Below are positions 24,141-36,914 of a stretch of DNA of 64,000 bases, one piece after another. Each line of letters starts with the position of its first letter. Positions within the stretch are counted from its first letter, which is position 1. The notes under the pieces are model-generated. The model saw only the letters and a program-made list of their open reading frames with translations. It was not told where the DNA came from and ran no database searches. Source of the DNA: Chiloscyllium plagiosum (Eukaryota); NCBI RefSeq assembly GCF_004010195.1, contig NC_057718.1, forward strand, positions 98,779,794 through 98,843,793, read 5' to 3'. The position numbers and the translations under genes are program-made.

Positions 24141-25229
24141 CAGCTCTATGACTTGTATGACTCTAAGACACCGAAGAGAGTTAAAAATGAAAAGAAAGAC
24201 TGAATTGAAGATTAGAAAAAGTGAGACTGATATGCAACAAAAGCATTTTGGCATTTTTAAATTCTCTAACAACAATTGATTATTTCTTGGAAGAAAACAG
24301 TATAAATTGTTCCCTTTCATGACCAGTGAACGTAACTGACATTCATTTTCAGGTTGTTAAAATGGTATTTATGCTGTTAATCATGAGCTTTGACATTCTG
24401 TAGCAAGTTTTTAAGGTTAATAAGGAGGCTAAGAATGATATGACATTTGTGTGGGGGAATTGGGGAAATCAACCAGATCTGCAATTAGGGGCATATCCTG
24501 GAATTTCTGGCTAGTTCATGCATTAAGAATGACATACATTGTTCAAAAACAGTGATTTTTTTGCAGCAAAATTCTCCTCATTCTCTCATTTGTCTTGTCA
24601 GAAACAAACAATGGACAGGGGAGACAATTGCACGTTCAATGTTCGTTACTGCTGGTTTGGTTATTCATTGTCTTTACCTTGTGAAACTTCTTTCGCCATT
24701 AAGGGCAATTAAACCATTATGATAGAAATAAAATTTTAATTAATTTATTTTCTTCAGAAAAAAATTGCCCCAGGGAAAGTAATATAATTGACTGTAGAAT
24801 CATTCTGCATCCCCCTTTGCCACTAGAGATTTATTTTCACATAAGAAGATTAAAGAATAAAATTTGGCTGGGACTTTTTTTAAAAGAAAGATTGTGTATT
24901 TCTCATTGAAGCTGCATTAATGTTACCTCATTTCTTCTGCAGTCTTTTGCGGTTTGCTGTCTCCATGTGAACTACACCTTCTGTCACAACTGGTGTCTCA
25001 AGTCTCACAAATTTCATTTCTTTAAACTCTGATTTATAATCCCTTGGTTCAGTTTGCCTCTGTGTCTTGATTCCACTCTTTTCAAACTGCTGTTATTATC
25101 ACACATTCGGGATGTTGAAATTTCCATCAAGGATGTTTTTTCATTCTGTCTTCATTCATACATCCCCATGATATTGGATCCTCTCTCCTTTATATATGAT
25201 TCTCTCCCATCCCTTCGACTTTTCTTCAG

Positions 25230-25928
25230 TCATTTTTGGGATGTAGGTATCACTGATGCGACCAGCAATTTATTGCCCATCCCTAATTACCCAGAGGGCA
25301 GTTAGGAGTCAACCTGGAATCACATATAGGACAGACCAGATAAGGATAGTGGCTTCCTTCCTTAAAGAACATTTCCTTAAATGGACCTTATAGAGGTTTA
25401 TAAAATCATGATGGGCATGGATAGGATGAATAGCCAAGGTCTTTGTTCCAGAATAGGGGAGTCCAAAGCAAGAGGCATAGGTTTAAAGTGAGAGGGTGAA
25501 GATTTAAAATGGACCTAAGGGACAACTTTTTCATGCAGTGGGTGGTACGTGTATCGAATGAGCTGCCAGAGAAAGTGGTGGAGGCTGGTACAATTACAAC
25601 ATTTAAAAAGCATCTGGATGGGTGTACGAATAGGAAAGATTTAGAGGGATATAGGCCAAATGCTGACAAATGGAATTAGATCACTTTAGGATATCTGGTC
25701 AGTATGGACGACTTGGAAGGGTCTTTTTCTATGCTATACAACTCCATGACTGTAGTGAACCAGATGAGTCCAGTCAACAATGATAATTGTTAGATTCATA
25801 ATTCCAGATTTTTACTGATTTTAAATTCCTTCACTGACCATGGCACAACTCAAATCCAGGTCCCCAGAATATTTCTTGGGTCTCTGGATTAATAGGCTGG
25901 GAAGAATACCACAATGCCATCATTTCTC
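25230..25928 (-). mobile_element. tRNA-derived SINE (family C), split by a HER1 fragment
   Basis: Head ttaatccagagacccaag..ctggggacctggatttg on the - strand; body gtgaaccagatg; tail tttattgcccatccctaatt. Confidence 0.75.
25385..25752 (+). mobile_element. HER1-like CR1 3' end
   Basis: gaccttatagaggtttataaaatcatg..gaatgagctgccaga..catgact. Confidence 0.9.
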
Positions 25929-25962
25929 CGTTCTCTTGCATAACCATGGAGTTGTGCCGCAT

Positions 25963-26330
25963 CAACAACTTCCACTTAATCAGTGCCTTTAATCGAATAG
26001 AAAGGTAACAAAATGTCCCAAACTACTTTGCAGGCACACTGTCAAACAAAATTTGACACAGAACCACTTAAGGATAGATCAGAGTAGGTGACCACATACT
26101 TAAAATGGCTTGGTTTTACAGATCCTCATACAGGAAGAGGGAGAGATAGATAGGTAGGAAGGATTAGGAGATCATCCTAGAATTTAGGACAAAGAAAGCT
26201 GGAGGCACAGTCCCTGATAGTAGCACAATGAAAACTGAGGATTAGAGGAGCACAGATATTTCAGTGCATTATAGGGCTGGGAGAGGTAATCGAGATGGAG
26301 GAGAAGATGTGAGGTGGTATACGGCCATGG
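25963..26330 (-). mobile_element. Old L2-like LINE 3' end
   Basis: aacaacttccacttaatcagtgcctttaa..tgtcccaa..caaacaaaatttgacac; colinear with 49465-49860. Confidence 0.6.
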
Positions 26331-26559
26331 AAGAATTTGAAACCAATTGTAATTATACAATACTGAAGGAGACCATTCAATACATTGAGCTGCTGCTGGC
26401 CCTTTGAAAGAGCTATCCAGGTAGTTCCTTCCCAAAAGCCTTGCACATGTTCCTCTTAACGTCTTTGTATAGCCTTCCTTTCTGTGCTGCTGGCTTCCAT
26501 GTTTCCATCCAATACCTCATACCAATGCTAGAATAATCTAACAGATACGTTCCAGGACT

Positions 26560-26850
26560 GATATTCCTGAGGCTTTCATGAGTATTCCAGTGAACGTGAG
26601 TTTAAATTTAATCAATTTTAGAATTTGAGGAAAAACATGGGAATAAGTCACTAGTGTTTTAAAGGTGATGTGGTAGCTGTTGGATTGTTGTAAAAACACA
26701 ACTATCGTCCCCATTGTCTTCTAGTGAAGGAAACCTGTCATTCCTTCTCTGTCCTAGCCTACATGTGACTCTAGTCCCACAACAATGCTGTCGATTCTTT
26801 ACAGCTTTCTGAAGTAGTATTCCTCTGTTGTGAGAAAGGCCATCTACTCA
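26560..26850 (+). mobile_element. tRNA-derived SINE (family C), decayed
   Basis: gattgttgtaaaaac..gaaggaaacctg..gcctacatgtgactc..cccacaacaatg. Confidence 0.6.
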
Positions 26851-26874
26851 GCACTACCAGAGATCATTTACAGT

Positions 26875-27082
26875 AACTTGGCTGGGCAACTGGTTTACAA
26901 TGCAAAGTGATGCCAAAAATTCCTGCACTGGTTGCAATTACCATGAAGGTCCCACCTTTTCAACCTCTCCCCCCTTGTCTGAGGCATGGCGACACTCAGG
27001 TTAAACCACCAGAGCGAGTTATCTCGCTCTCAAATGAGGGAGCAGTCCTGTGGTCTTCTGAGACTATTATGAATTTACCTTA
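26875..27082 (+). mobile_element. tRNA-derived SINE (family B)
   Basis: Similar copies at 48120-48325 (+) and 39060-39240 (-): ccatgaagg..ccttctcaa..caggttaaa..tgtggtc; ends tttacctt. Confidence 0.7.
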
Positions 27083-27096
27083 TCAGAGGTGGATAA

Positions 27097-27675
27097 GTGT
27101 TGCAGCTGTACAAGACATTGATTTGGTCAAATTTGGAGCACTGTGAGTCGTTCTGGTCGCCATCCTATAGAAAGGACATTATTAATCTAGAAAAAGTGCA
27201 GAAAAGTTTTCCTAGAAAGCTACCTAGACTGGAAAGTTTGAGTTATATAGAGAGGCTGAATAGGCTGGGACTTTTTTCCATAGTGTACAAGAGGCTAAGG
27301 GAATGACCTTATGGAGCTCTATAAAATCACGAGAGGCATAGATAAAGTAGGTAGCCAACAGTTTTTCCCCAGTGTAGGGGAGTTTAAAACTAGAGGGATA
27401 GGTTTACGGTGAGTGGAAAGAGTTACAAAAACGCCCAGATGGACAATTTCTCCACTCAGAGGGTGTAGAGTGTCTGGAATGGGCTGCCAGAGATATTGGT
27501 GGAGGTGAGTACAATTTTGTCATTGAAAAAACACTTAGACAGGTATATGGATGGAATAGGGATAGAGGGATATGGACCAAATGCAGGCAAATGGGACTGG
27601 TTTAATTGTGAAAACTGGGCAGCATGGACTAGTTGGGCCAAAGGGTTTGTTTTCATGCTGTAGACCCCTATGACT
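27097..27675 (+). mobile_element. HER1-like CR1 3' end
   Basis: ORF LQLYKTLIWSNLEHCESFWSPSYRKDIINLEKVQK and a ctatgact tail. Confidence 0.9.
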
Positions 27676-28367
27676 AATTATTCCCAGAGAACACCCTATC
27701 AAGTGTGGGAGGGTGTGCAGCAATGCATATCATAAACTCACAGGAATGATCAGGTAGTGGAAGCTAATGGGTTTAGTTTACCAATTTGGACAAGGGGAGA
27801 AAAATGTAGCTAATAGTTTCTCTGTGAAAAATATGCATGCATGCTAGCTATGAACTGGGGGCGAAGTCTGGTTTAACATCCAGTGATATGTCAGCGTTGT
27901 TGGAAGTGTTACAAATTTCATTGCCACCCCTGCAGTTCTGCTCAGTATTAAATAATTGCTAGGTTACAAAATTATAGTATTACGCCAATGAATTAAAACA
28001 TTAAGCTAATCTACAAGTAACAACTGTATGTGATGAATGCAGCTGGTGTGAATTTTGTTCCTGCTTATAAAAGTAAATCTGTGCTTTGCTGTTATATATA
28101 GGAGTGGGGATCATTTCTTGTTTCCCATGTTCAGTCAGGAGCCCCTGATGCTGGGACAAGAGATTCCAAGAGTTAGATTTTAGAGGTTTGGGACCACAGC
28201 TGCCTAATATAGGCAGCTGACCATTCATAAGGGACTTTTAGATAGTTAATTAAGTTTGCAAAGAGCTAACAGTTGAAATATGACACATTAGTTAATTCAA
28301 CAAAATTAACGTATACTTCAGTGACAATGAGAATGGTCCACTGGTACTAAAGGGTGAATAGGCAGTT

Positions 28368-29255
28368 AGAAACACAGAATAGGAGCAGGAATAGACCATT
28401 CAGTCCTTCAAGCCTGCTCCACCAGTCAATATGATCATGCCTGATCCTCCAACTCAATACCCTGTTCCTACTTTCTACCCATACCTTATGATCCCTTTAG
28501 CTCTAAAAACTATATCTAGCTCCTTTTTGAAAATATTCTGTGTTTTGGCCTCAATGGCTTTCTGTGGCAGAGAATTCCACGGGCTCAGTATCCCTGGGTG
28601 AAGACATTTCTCCCCATCTCAGTTCTAAATGGCTTACCCTGTACCATTAGACTTTGACCTCTGGCTCTGGACTCCCTGGTTATTAGGCACATTCTTCCTG
28701 CATTCTCCCTGTCTAGTCCTGTTTGAATTGTATCCGTTTCTGTGCGATTCCTCCTCAATCTTCTGAACTCCAGTGAATATAAACTTAACCGATCTGGTCT
28801 CTCTTCATATGTCAGTTCTGCCCATCCCAGTCTTATAAACCCTTATTGTACACCCTCAATAGCCAGAACATCCTCCCTCAGATAGCAAGTCGAAAACTGC
28901 ATGCAATACTCCAGGTGTGTGATCACCAGGGTCCTTCTGTACCTGAATCCTCTCACTATGAAGACCTGCACACCATTTGTTTCTTTACTGCCTGCTGCAC
29001 CTGCACAATTATTTTCAGAAACTGTTGTTGAGGACATCCAGGTTTTGTTGCACCTCACCCTTTCCCAATCTATCACCATTCAGATGTAATCTGTCAGCCT
29101 GCTTTTACTACCAAAATGGACAAACTGACATTTATCGATATTATACTTCACCCGTCTGCCCACTCACTCAACATGTCTAAATCACATTGAAGCGTCTCAG
29201 CATCCTCCTTACAGTCCACCTTCCCACCCAGCATTTGCAAACTTGGAGATATTCC
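28368..29255 (-). mobile_element. CR1 LINE fragment
   Basis: Motif HLEYCMQFSTCYLREDVLAIEGVQ plus a 3' UTR ending cctattctgtgtttct. Confidence 0.85.
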
Positions 29256-29549
29256 AGCCATCCAAGGAGTCAGTCTGCTACAAGAAGCACAGAGTGTGTA
29301 GATCTCATTAAAGTTGTGAAGACAGCATACGGCTTTCCAGATGAATTGTTAGGAAACTCTTCCTTGGGTCTTCGCTCAAAATCTTCTGGTCCTGATGAGG
29401 ACTGGTCCCAGATCCTGAGCACTTGGATAATTGTACTTTCTCATTTACAATCAGCTGTTCCCCGCAAGTCTGTATGCCATCATCATTGTGGTAGTGCTCA
29501 ATGCACTCCTCAATGTTAACCCTTTCAGCCCTTTACACAATTATACAAC

Positions 29550-29812
29550 AGTGGTAAAGCCACTAGATTATACTCTGCAGTCCCAGGCTACTGCCCTGGG
29601 GACATGGATTCAGATCTTACCAAGTAGGCAACAGATGGAATCTGAATTCAATCAACAAAGTACGATTATTGTAAATACCTATAGATTAGCCTTTCTTACC
29701 CCAGGCTTGTCGACATATGACTATAGATTCACAGCAACGTGCTTGACTCCTCACTGTAATGGACTTGCAAGTCACTCAGCTCAACAACAATTAGGAATGG
29801 GCAAGAATAAAA
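29550..29812 (+). mobile_element. tRNA-derived SINE (family C), decayed
   Basis: cagtggtaaagccactagat..ctggggacatggattc..gaattcaat..caattaggaatgggcaa. Confidence 0.65.
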
Positions 29813-29914
29813 ATCAAACTTGATTGGAGAGATATTTATTTTAATTCCAATGTCTTAGTGAGCAAAGGCATGGCCAGCTGTATTATGGACTAGAGGATAA
29901 CTTAAAAACATATG

Positions 29915-30157
29915 ACCTTTTTTTATCCGTTCAGCTGGTCTGGAGTCATGTGTAGGACAGAGCGAGCAAGGACAAACATTTCTTTCCTAGAGGCATTTGT
30001 AAACCAGGTGGGTTTTTCTGACAATTGACAACGGTTTCACGGTCATCATTAGACTCCCAATTGCAAATATTTATTGGATTCAAACCCAGATCTCCAGAAC
30101 CTTACCAGGGTCTCTGGATTAATAGTCTAACGATAAAGCACTAAGACATCACCTCCC
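29915..30157 (-). mobile_element. tRNA-derived SINE (family C)
   Basis: ggtctggagtcatgtgtagg..ggtcatcattagact..gggtctctggattaatagtc. Confidence 0.7.
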
Positions 30158-30184
30158 CTTTACACAGAGCAAAGTGAGCAACTC

Positions 30185-31025
30185 CTTATTCAAAGACTGT
30201 GACCCCATATTCTCGAATTCCAGCCAGAATAGTCATTCTCTTAACATCTGCCCCAACAAGCCTCTTCAGTATTATATATGAACAAAGAACAGTACAGCAC
30301 AATATTAAGTCTTTCAACCCTCCAAGCCTACGCCAACAGATCTCACCCTTCCATATTAAAATTGTCTTCACTAACAGTATCTGTATCCCTCTATTCCATT
30401 CCTATTCATATCTTTGTCCAGGTGCTTCTTGAACGCTACTATTGTGCTGTATACTTCAACAAAATTATCTAAATTCTACGGAAAGTCCAGTATTCTCAAT
30501 CTTTCCTCATTGCACAATCCCTTCATCCCAGAGATCAATTGAGCAAACTCTTGTTGCATTCTCTTGGTAAGGATGCTCTTGCTCAGGTATGGGTAGCAAA
30601 ATGGCACACAGCACGACAGCTGTGCTCTCCCCAGGGCCCGATAATACTGTAATAAAACTACTTCACTCTTACATTCCAGTCTTTGCTTGATACAGATTGG
30701 CATCTCCATGTGCTTTCCTAATTACTTGCTAGCTGTGTTAACATTTGTGTTGGGATGTCCAGGTTCCTCTGTATACTAACATTTCCCTGTCTCTCACCGT
30801 TTAAAAAGTTTCCAATTTCCCTTCACTTCGCACTCCCTCACATTAAATTTCACCAGTCATGTTCTTGATTACTCCCTCTAATTGGTCTACATTCATTTGC
30901 AGTCTCTACACCTCCTCCTCCCAGCTTATTGTCCTACTTAGCTTCATATCATCAGAAAAGGTTACACTTAGTGCCATCATTATGGATGTGGGTTGGAAAC
31001 AGTGCAAGCCCAAGTGCTGATCTAG
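30185..31025 (-). mobile_element. Cluster of decayed CR1 fragments
   Basis: Motifs LLQYYRALGRAQLSCCVPFCYPYL and TFSDDMKL; CR1 tail at about 30280. Confidence 0.65.
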
Positions 31026-31877
31026 TGAAACCTGATTACGTTCAATCCTCATTATCCACGAGGCACAGGGACATGGATTTCCTCTGAATAAGAAATAAAG
31101 AACGGAGACCACTACTGTGTTCTTCGACCCTGCAGTGTGAAAGATTGCATGATGTTTAGCGAGGCAGACAATGGGGTAAGGATAAAACTGGGCCTGAAGC
31201 CAAATTCCTGAGTACACAGCTCCGTGGATTGTGAGTCAGTGGATAACAAGGAGTGAGTGGTAGTCACAATCTGTCAACCTGAAAATTACCCATTTATTCC
31301 TGTTGTCTGTTTTCTGTACATCAACAATTGCTTGAGAAGAGAGGACACTGATTGAAGATGATTGGCAAAAATGACCAACAGCAACACGAGTAAAGTCCTT
31401 TTCACTTTGTAAGTGGTTAGGATCTGGAACTCACTCCCCAGAGGCAGCTTCGAGTGCAGTTCTCAAAAAGCGTCTGAAGAGAAAAGGAAAACATTACATG
31501 GTCAGTCTGAAAAAAGCGGGGAAGAGTTGCTCTTGCAGAGAACGAATGAGTAATTGGCCTCTTCCTGTATTGTAGCCATTCTAAAATACTCTGACTGGGA
31601 TTCAAATTTGACAATTGCTCCAAAGCAAATTAGAAGAGTATACACACATAAGAATAAATGAAACTTTGGGCAAAACCATTGTATTTGTAACTGGTTACTG
31701 TCACATAGGTGTGCAGTGAAATGACTATTTTCACTGTCTCTGTCCAATCTCTGATTCATATTCCTTCCTGTGTGAAAATATGCCCTTTCCTCTCCAGTAG
31801 TCTTCTGAAGTCCTGGAAACCTGCTTAGCGTGTGGTCAGATTTTGCTTTTGAATTTGCAAGCCAGCTGAATTCATAG

Positions 31878-31964
31878 ATTCTGGATCAGTGGTGCTGGAA
31901 GAGAGCAATTCAGGCAGCATCCGACGAGCAGCAAAATCGACGTTTCGGGCAAAAGCCCTTCATC
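31878..31964 (-). mobile_element. 87-bp Penelope-like single-arm insert
   Basis: 8-bp TSD attcatag (31870-31877 and 31965-31972); hammerhead truncated in the core (GAUGA-A-GGGC UUUU GCCC-GAAAC-GUC). Confidence 0.85.
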
Positions 31965-32599
31965 ATTCATAGGCTAAGTAAAATACACAGAAGTGGTGAA
32001 TTTATTAAATGTATTAAGACTGAATTGGCCATCCCTCTTTTGTTGCTGATAGAATGAATTTTCCATTGAGGTAGTTGTGGAGTATTTGCTGTACAGAAGC
32101 AAACCATTCCGCCGCACAACTGTAAATTGACTAGCAAATTTTGCAGAAAGCAATTCTTGATCGACTTAGTTTGAAAATAGAATAGATGGAACTGGAACTC
32201 ATTTAATCTGTTTTCTACAGCTGCAACTATAAGGGGGTTGATCAACTCAGTACAGGTAATGGTGGAAACATGTCAAGTGCCATTTTAGTGAAGGCATTGT
32301 AGAGATGTCTGAGGTGGCTGTGTGAAAACAGGCACTGTCCCCTTTGATGCTTGTTGTAGCATCCAAACTGGAAACTGGCCTAGCTCAAACTCATACGTGC
32401 TAGCATGTCAACGCTCCAGACAAGGTTAGGAGGCAATTTGACAGAGTTGTATAAAATCAGGAGGACTTTAGAGGAAGTAAATAAAGAAACACTATTTCAA
32501 AGGTTGATAGCTAGAGAAAACAAGGTTTAAGATGTGTTGCAGAAGAACCACATGAGGAAATCTTGATTTTACACAATAGAATTTGGACTTAACTAGGAG

Positions 32600-32931
32600 G
32601 CATTGTGGCTCAGTGGTTAGCACTGCTGCCTCACAGCACCAGGGACTCAGGTTCAATTCCACCCTTGGAAGACTGTCTGTGTGGTGTTTGCACAGTCGCC
32701 TTATACCTGTGTAGGTTTCTGCTGGGTGCTGCGGTATCCTCCCACGGTCCAATCCAGCGGATTGGTCATGCTAAATTGCTTTGTACAGTCCAGGGCTGTG
32801 TAGGCTAGGTAGATTAGCTGTGGGAAATATAGGGATAGGGAACAGTGGGTCTAGGTGGGGTTCTCTTTGGAAGGTTAGTGCAGACTTGATGGGTCAAATG
32901 GCTTCTATCTGCACTGTAGGTGTTCTATGAA
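32600..32931 (+). mobile_element. HE1-like V-SINE
   Basis: gtggctcagtggttagcactgctgcctcacagcaccaggga..ggttcaattcc, V domain, tail. Confidence 0.85.
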
Positions 32932-33026
32932 CTGGGACACATAGCTTGTAAGTATGATGGATACAGCTTCAATTTAAATGCGGTAAGACAAAAGGTGCAT
33001 TTTCAGAAGGAAAAAAGAATCATATA

Positions 33027-33376
33027 ATCATAGAATTCCTATGGTGTGGAAACAGGCCTTTTGGCCCAACAAGTCCACACCAGGACTATGAAGAGTCTCC
33101 ATCCTTGGTGGAGAATGGATCCACCTAGACCCATTCCCCTACCCCATCACTTTTACATTTTCCCTGACTAATGCACCTAACCTGCACATCCCAGAACACG
33201 CTGGACAATTTAGCACGGCCAATTCACCTAACCTGCACATCTTTGGACTGTGGGAGGAAACTGGAGCACCCGGAGGAAACTCATGCAGAAACGAGGAGAA
33301 TGTGCAACCTCATGACAGACAGTAGGCCGAGGCTGGAATTAAAGCTGGGTCCTGGTGCTGTGAGGCAGCAGTGCTG
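33027..33376 (-). mobile_element. HE1-like V-SINE
   Basis: V domain ctttggactgtgggaggaaactggagcacccggaggaaac and head on the - strand. Confidence 0.88.
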
Positions 33377-33394
33377 AATTTATGAAATATTAGC

Positions 33395-34050
33395 AATGAC
33401 AGGACATTAGTCCCCTCAAATCTGAACTGCCATGCATTAAGATTGCAGCTGATCTGTTTGGGTTTTGAATTCTACACCTTGATAGTCTTTTATTCCCCTG
33501 CTGAACAAGAATCTATCTACTAGATTAGAGTGGTGCTGGAAAAGCACAGTAGGTCAGGCAGCGTCTGAGGAGCAGGGAAATCAATGTTTCGGGCAAAAGC
33601 CTTTCATCAGGAATGGAGGCTTTTGCCAAAAATCTATCTACCTCTGCCTTAAAAATATTCACTGTTTTCTGCATCTTCTGAGGCAGAGAGTTCCAAAGTT
33701 GCACAACCTTTTGAGAGAAAAATGTCTCCTCATTTATGTTTTAAAAGGGTGACTCCTTATTTTAAAACAGTGGACTCTAGTTGTAGACTGACCCACACGA
33801 GGAAAACCCTTTCCACATCCACGATAACTCACCATTCAGGATCTCACGCACTTCAATCAATTCTCGTCTCGCTCTTCTACACTCAAAACAGGCCCAGTCC
33901 GACCAACCTTCCCTCATAAGAATACCCATTCATTTCATGTAACAGTCTAATAGATCTTCTCTGATCTGTATCCATTGCATTTATATCCTTCCATAACTAA
34001 GAAAATCAAAACTGGGCACAGTATTTGTAATGTGGTCTTACCAATGCCCT
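33395..34050 (-). mobile_element. Decayed CR1 3' end with a Penelope-like insert
   Basis: ttctgaggcagagagttccaaa, cagtatttgtaatgtggtct and other CR1 3' blocks. Confidence 0.7.
33521..33630 (-). mobile_element. Penelope-like insert, single arm plus short fold-back
   Basis: 11-bp TSD aatctatctac (33510-33520 and 33631-33641); - strand attc-CUGAUGA-AAGGCUUUUGCCC-GAAAC-AUU. Confidence 0.85.
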
Positions 34051-34918
34051 CTATGCTTACTGTTGCATGTAAGAGGAAGGAATGTGGGACTAATCGGATT
34101 ACTCTGCAAACAGCTAGCATGGATCAGCCAGGCCAAATGGCCATTTTCAGTTCTGTGCTATTCTATGATTCTCTGATTAATGTACTGTAATTATGGAGGA
34201 GGATGATGTTGAAAGGAACCTCAATAAATCTTGAAACTAGCCGGTAGAGTTCAAATTGATAACAGATCACTGAAACACTCCACATTCATTTCCTATTCAA
34301 CTGTGTTAGAGTTGAGTCTATTTATTAAAACGAATATCATTTAGTCTCTGAGAATGAAGCCACATGGTTTATGAATATCAGACATTTGACTTAAAGTTTT
34401 AAATTCACTGCTGCCTACCTGATACTGCTTGTTTTGTCCATATGGAATGAAATTAATTTTCAGTTTACATAGCTACAGTTATCCAGATGACATACTAAGT
34501 ATTCTCACTAAGCAGAGAATCAGAAAATGGAAATTACATTGTCATTTGATGTGATAGATGAGTTATAACATCATGAAAGATTAAAAAAACTAATGTGTTA
34601 TTAAAACTAATAGTCTATGCGGTTAGTTCCAATATTTACATTTATCCAGTTTTTGCTTATTGTAATATGAATTTATGATGTCAGGGATACATTAGAGTAC
34701 TTTGTTTTAAATAATTTCCCATCATAAAGCTTTATTTGACACCTGAACCTCAAATTGGCACTTAGTTGGCAATCACTCAATTGAAAACATTAGCTGGAAA
34801 CAGGAGTAGGCCATTCAGCCCCTTGAGCCTTTACACCATTCAATGACATTATGGCTGTTATGCTCAGTGAAGGATATCACTGAATATGGTCTCTTTGAAT
34901 GTTCGTATTATTCAGACA

Positions 34919-35090
34919 CTGCCAGAGGAAGTGGTGGAGGCTGGTACAGTTACAGCATTTAAAAGGCACCTGGATGGATATATGAATACGAAGGTTTTAG
35001 AGGGATATGGGCCAAGTGCTGGCAAATGGGACTAGATTAATTTAGGCTATCTGGTCAGCATGGAAGAGGGGGACTATCTGTAAGACTCTA
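34919..35090 (+). mobile_element. HER1-like CR1 3' end fragment
   Basis: ctgccagaggaagtggtggaggctggtaca..gagggatatgggccaa. Confidence 0.85.
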
Positions 35091-35547
35091 CATACTCATA
35101 GATTAATATTTTCTCCTGTAAAGTTATGCCTTGTCTTAGCAGAGCAGATGTTCATGAGGCAGGACTGAATAAGGTAGTCAGCCAGTCAAAACAAGAATGA
35201 GCTGTAACTATTTCAAACATGTGGCAGGTTATTCATCAAAAGCAAAATGCTGTGGATGTTGGAAATCTGAAATCAGAGCAGAAAGTGCTGGTAATGCTCA
35301 TCAGCAAGTCTGGCACCTCTTGTGAAGAGAGAAAAACAGAGTTATTAACCTTTCATCAGGGTGTTAATCAAAGTGGTCTCACAAAAGTATCATTGACACT
35401 GGATGCTTCTCTTTTGTTAATTTCAATAATAAATAATTACGTTTTGAGGTTGTCAAATTAAGTCTTCTTTCAATAGAAACTATGGGAAGGATTATCATTT
35501 AAATTTGTGTTAATCACTTCAATGTATCCAATTTCCTTTTGCTACAG

Positions 35548-35606
35548 ACCTAACTGGTGCTGCTATTTTCTGGGATTGAAGTCTCCAGTGACAGCTCGAA
35601 TTCATC
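35548..35606 (+). other. SNAP25: 5' UTR part of SNAP25 exon 2
   Basis: Acceptor tttccttttgctacag ends at 35547, 59 nt before the ATG; similar to the short UTR portion of vertebrate exon 2. Confidence 0.75.
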
Positions 35607-35678
35607 ATGGCCGATGATGCAGATATGCGCAATGAGTTGGAGAACATGCAACAGCGTGCTGACCAGGTGGCTGATGAG
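35607..35678 (+). CDS. SNAP25: SNAP25 first coding exon (exon 2 equivalent), coding part
   Basis: Translates to [24 protein letters not shown], 20/24 identical to human [24 protein letters not shown] (recalled). 72 nt, phase 0, donor gag|gtgagt, start context atcATGg. Confidence 0.95.
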
Positions 35679-36545
35679 GTGAGTGAGATGGTGCTGAATT
35701 CTAAATCATCCTTTAATTCCCACTGATTTCACAATTCATGTCACTGTATTGGTGCACTCAACTGATTCAGTAATACCATGCTGCAAGACACAAGCTGTGG
35801 TGCAAAGAACTGGAGAGGGAGAGGAGGGTACATTCCATTAACATGCGGAAGTTAACTCCTTGGCTGTGGGTAGCAATGTCAAGAGCAGCTTTTGATAAAG
35901 AAGGGGATCAGGCCAAGAATACAATCAATGCCTGCATGGCTTCAGCCCACCCTATCTCTCTTGTCTGCTTCATTCTCAAGGACTGATCTCTGTGCTATTC
36001 ATGTCAAATGTCCTTTGAATTCCCCTTTTTCCTGCTTCATTGTCAGTAACAGAAACTTGTCTCAACAGTCAGATCTTTCATCCTAAATGTTTTTGCTTTG
36101 TTACTTCTCCTGCAATATTTATTAACATCTTCAAAGTTTACATTTTTATCATACCTTCAGTCACCACAATGTAACCTTCTCCTGATGCACAGCATCTTTT
36201 GAGGTGTTGCATGCTCTACAAATGAGAAATGTTTCTTTCTGGATCTAGCTGGACTTAGTTCTAGATTAAATATGACCTAACTGGTGTCAGATTTCTGTCA
36301 GTCCATCCTTCCCAAGGCACCTCTCTCTCTGTACCTCTTTTTGCCTTTTAAATTTGCTCCTTCCAGTTTCTGCATATACATTAATCATAGGTTTATCTCA
36401 TTGTGCAGCCTCACCGTTAATGTCCAAGGAACCCCCACAATAAACACTTTAACAAGACCAGTATACAATCTAAATTCTTAATTTTGCGAGTATGGTATGG
36501 TTAAAAATTTTTTCAATGAATGAAATTTCATGGACAATACGCAAT

Positions 36546-36835
36546 GAGTGGCTCAGTGGCTAGCACTGATGCGTCACAGCTCCAGGGACCCGGGTTCGAT
36601 TCCAGCCTCGGGTGACTGTCTGTGTGGGGTTTTACACATTCTCCTTGTGTCTGCGTGGGTTTCCTCTGGGTGGTCTGATTTCCTCCCACAATCCATTGAT
36701 GTGCAGGTTAGGGTGGATTGGCCAGGGGAAATGCAGGGTTGCAGGGATATGGTGGCTCTGAGTGGAAGGCTCTTCAGAGGGCTGGCGTAGCCTTGATGGG
36801 CTGAATGGTCTGCTTCCACACTGTGGGAATTCTAT
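36546..36835 (+). mobile_element. HE1-like V-SINE in SNAP25 intron 2
   Basis: A and B boxes (gtggctcagtgg, gggttcgattcc) and V domain. Confidence 0.9.
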
Positions 36836-36914
36836 GCTACACCTAGTTCTTAGCACACTTGTCTCTTAGTTACCAAGTTCCACATCTAAGTTCCATTCTA
36901 GATCTTAATCACTT

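Larger units (their letters stand above)
23612..24165 (+). mobile_element. HER1-like CR1 3' end
   Basis: Motif VHVWNDLPEEVVEAG..FKRHLDRYMNRK; (ctatgact)n tail containing an 87-bp insert. Confidence 0.9.

Noticed and set aside
35690..35698. ggtgctgaa (RE1/NRSE left half-site, reverse) just after exon 2; mammalian SNAP25 is a REST target
   Set aside because: The GGACAG right half is absent at canonical spacing, and a lone 9-mer is not enough.
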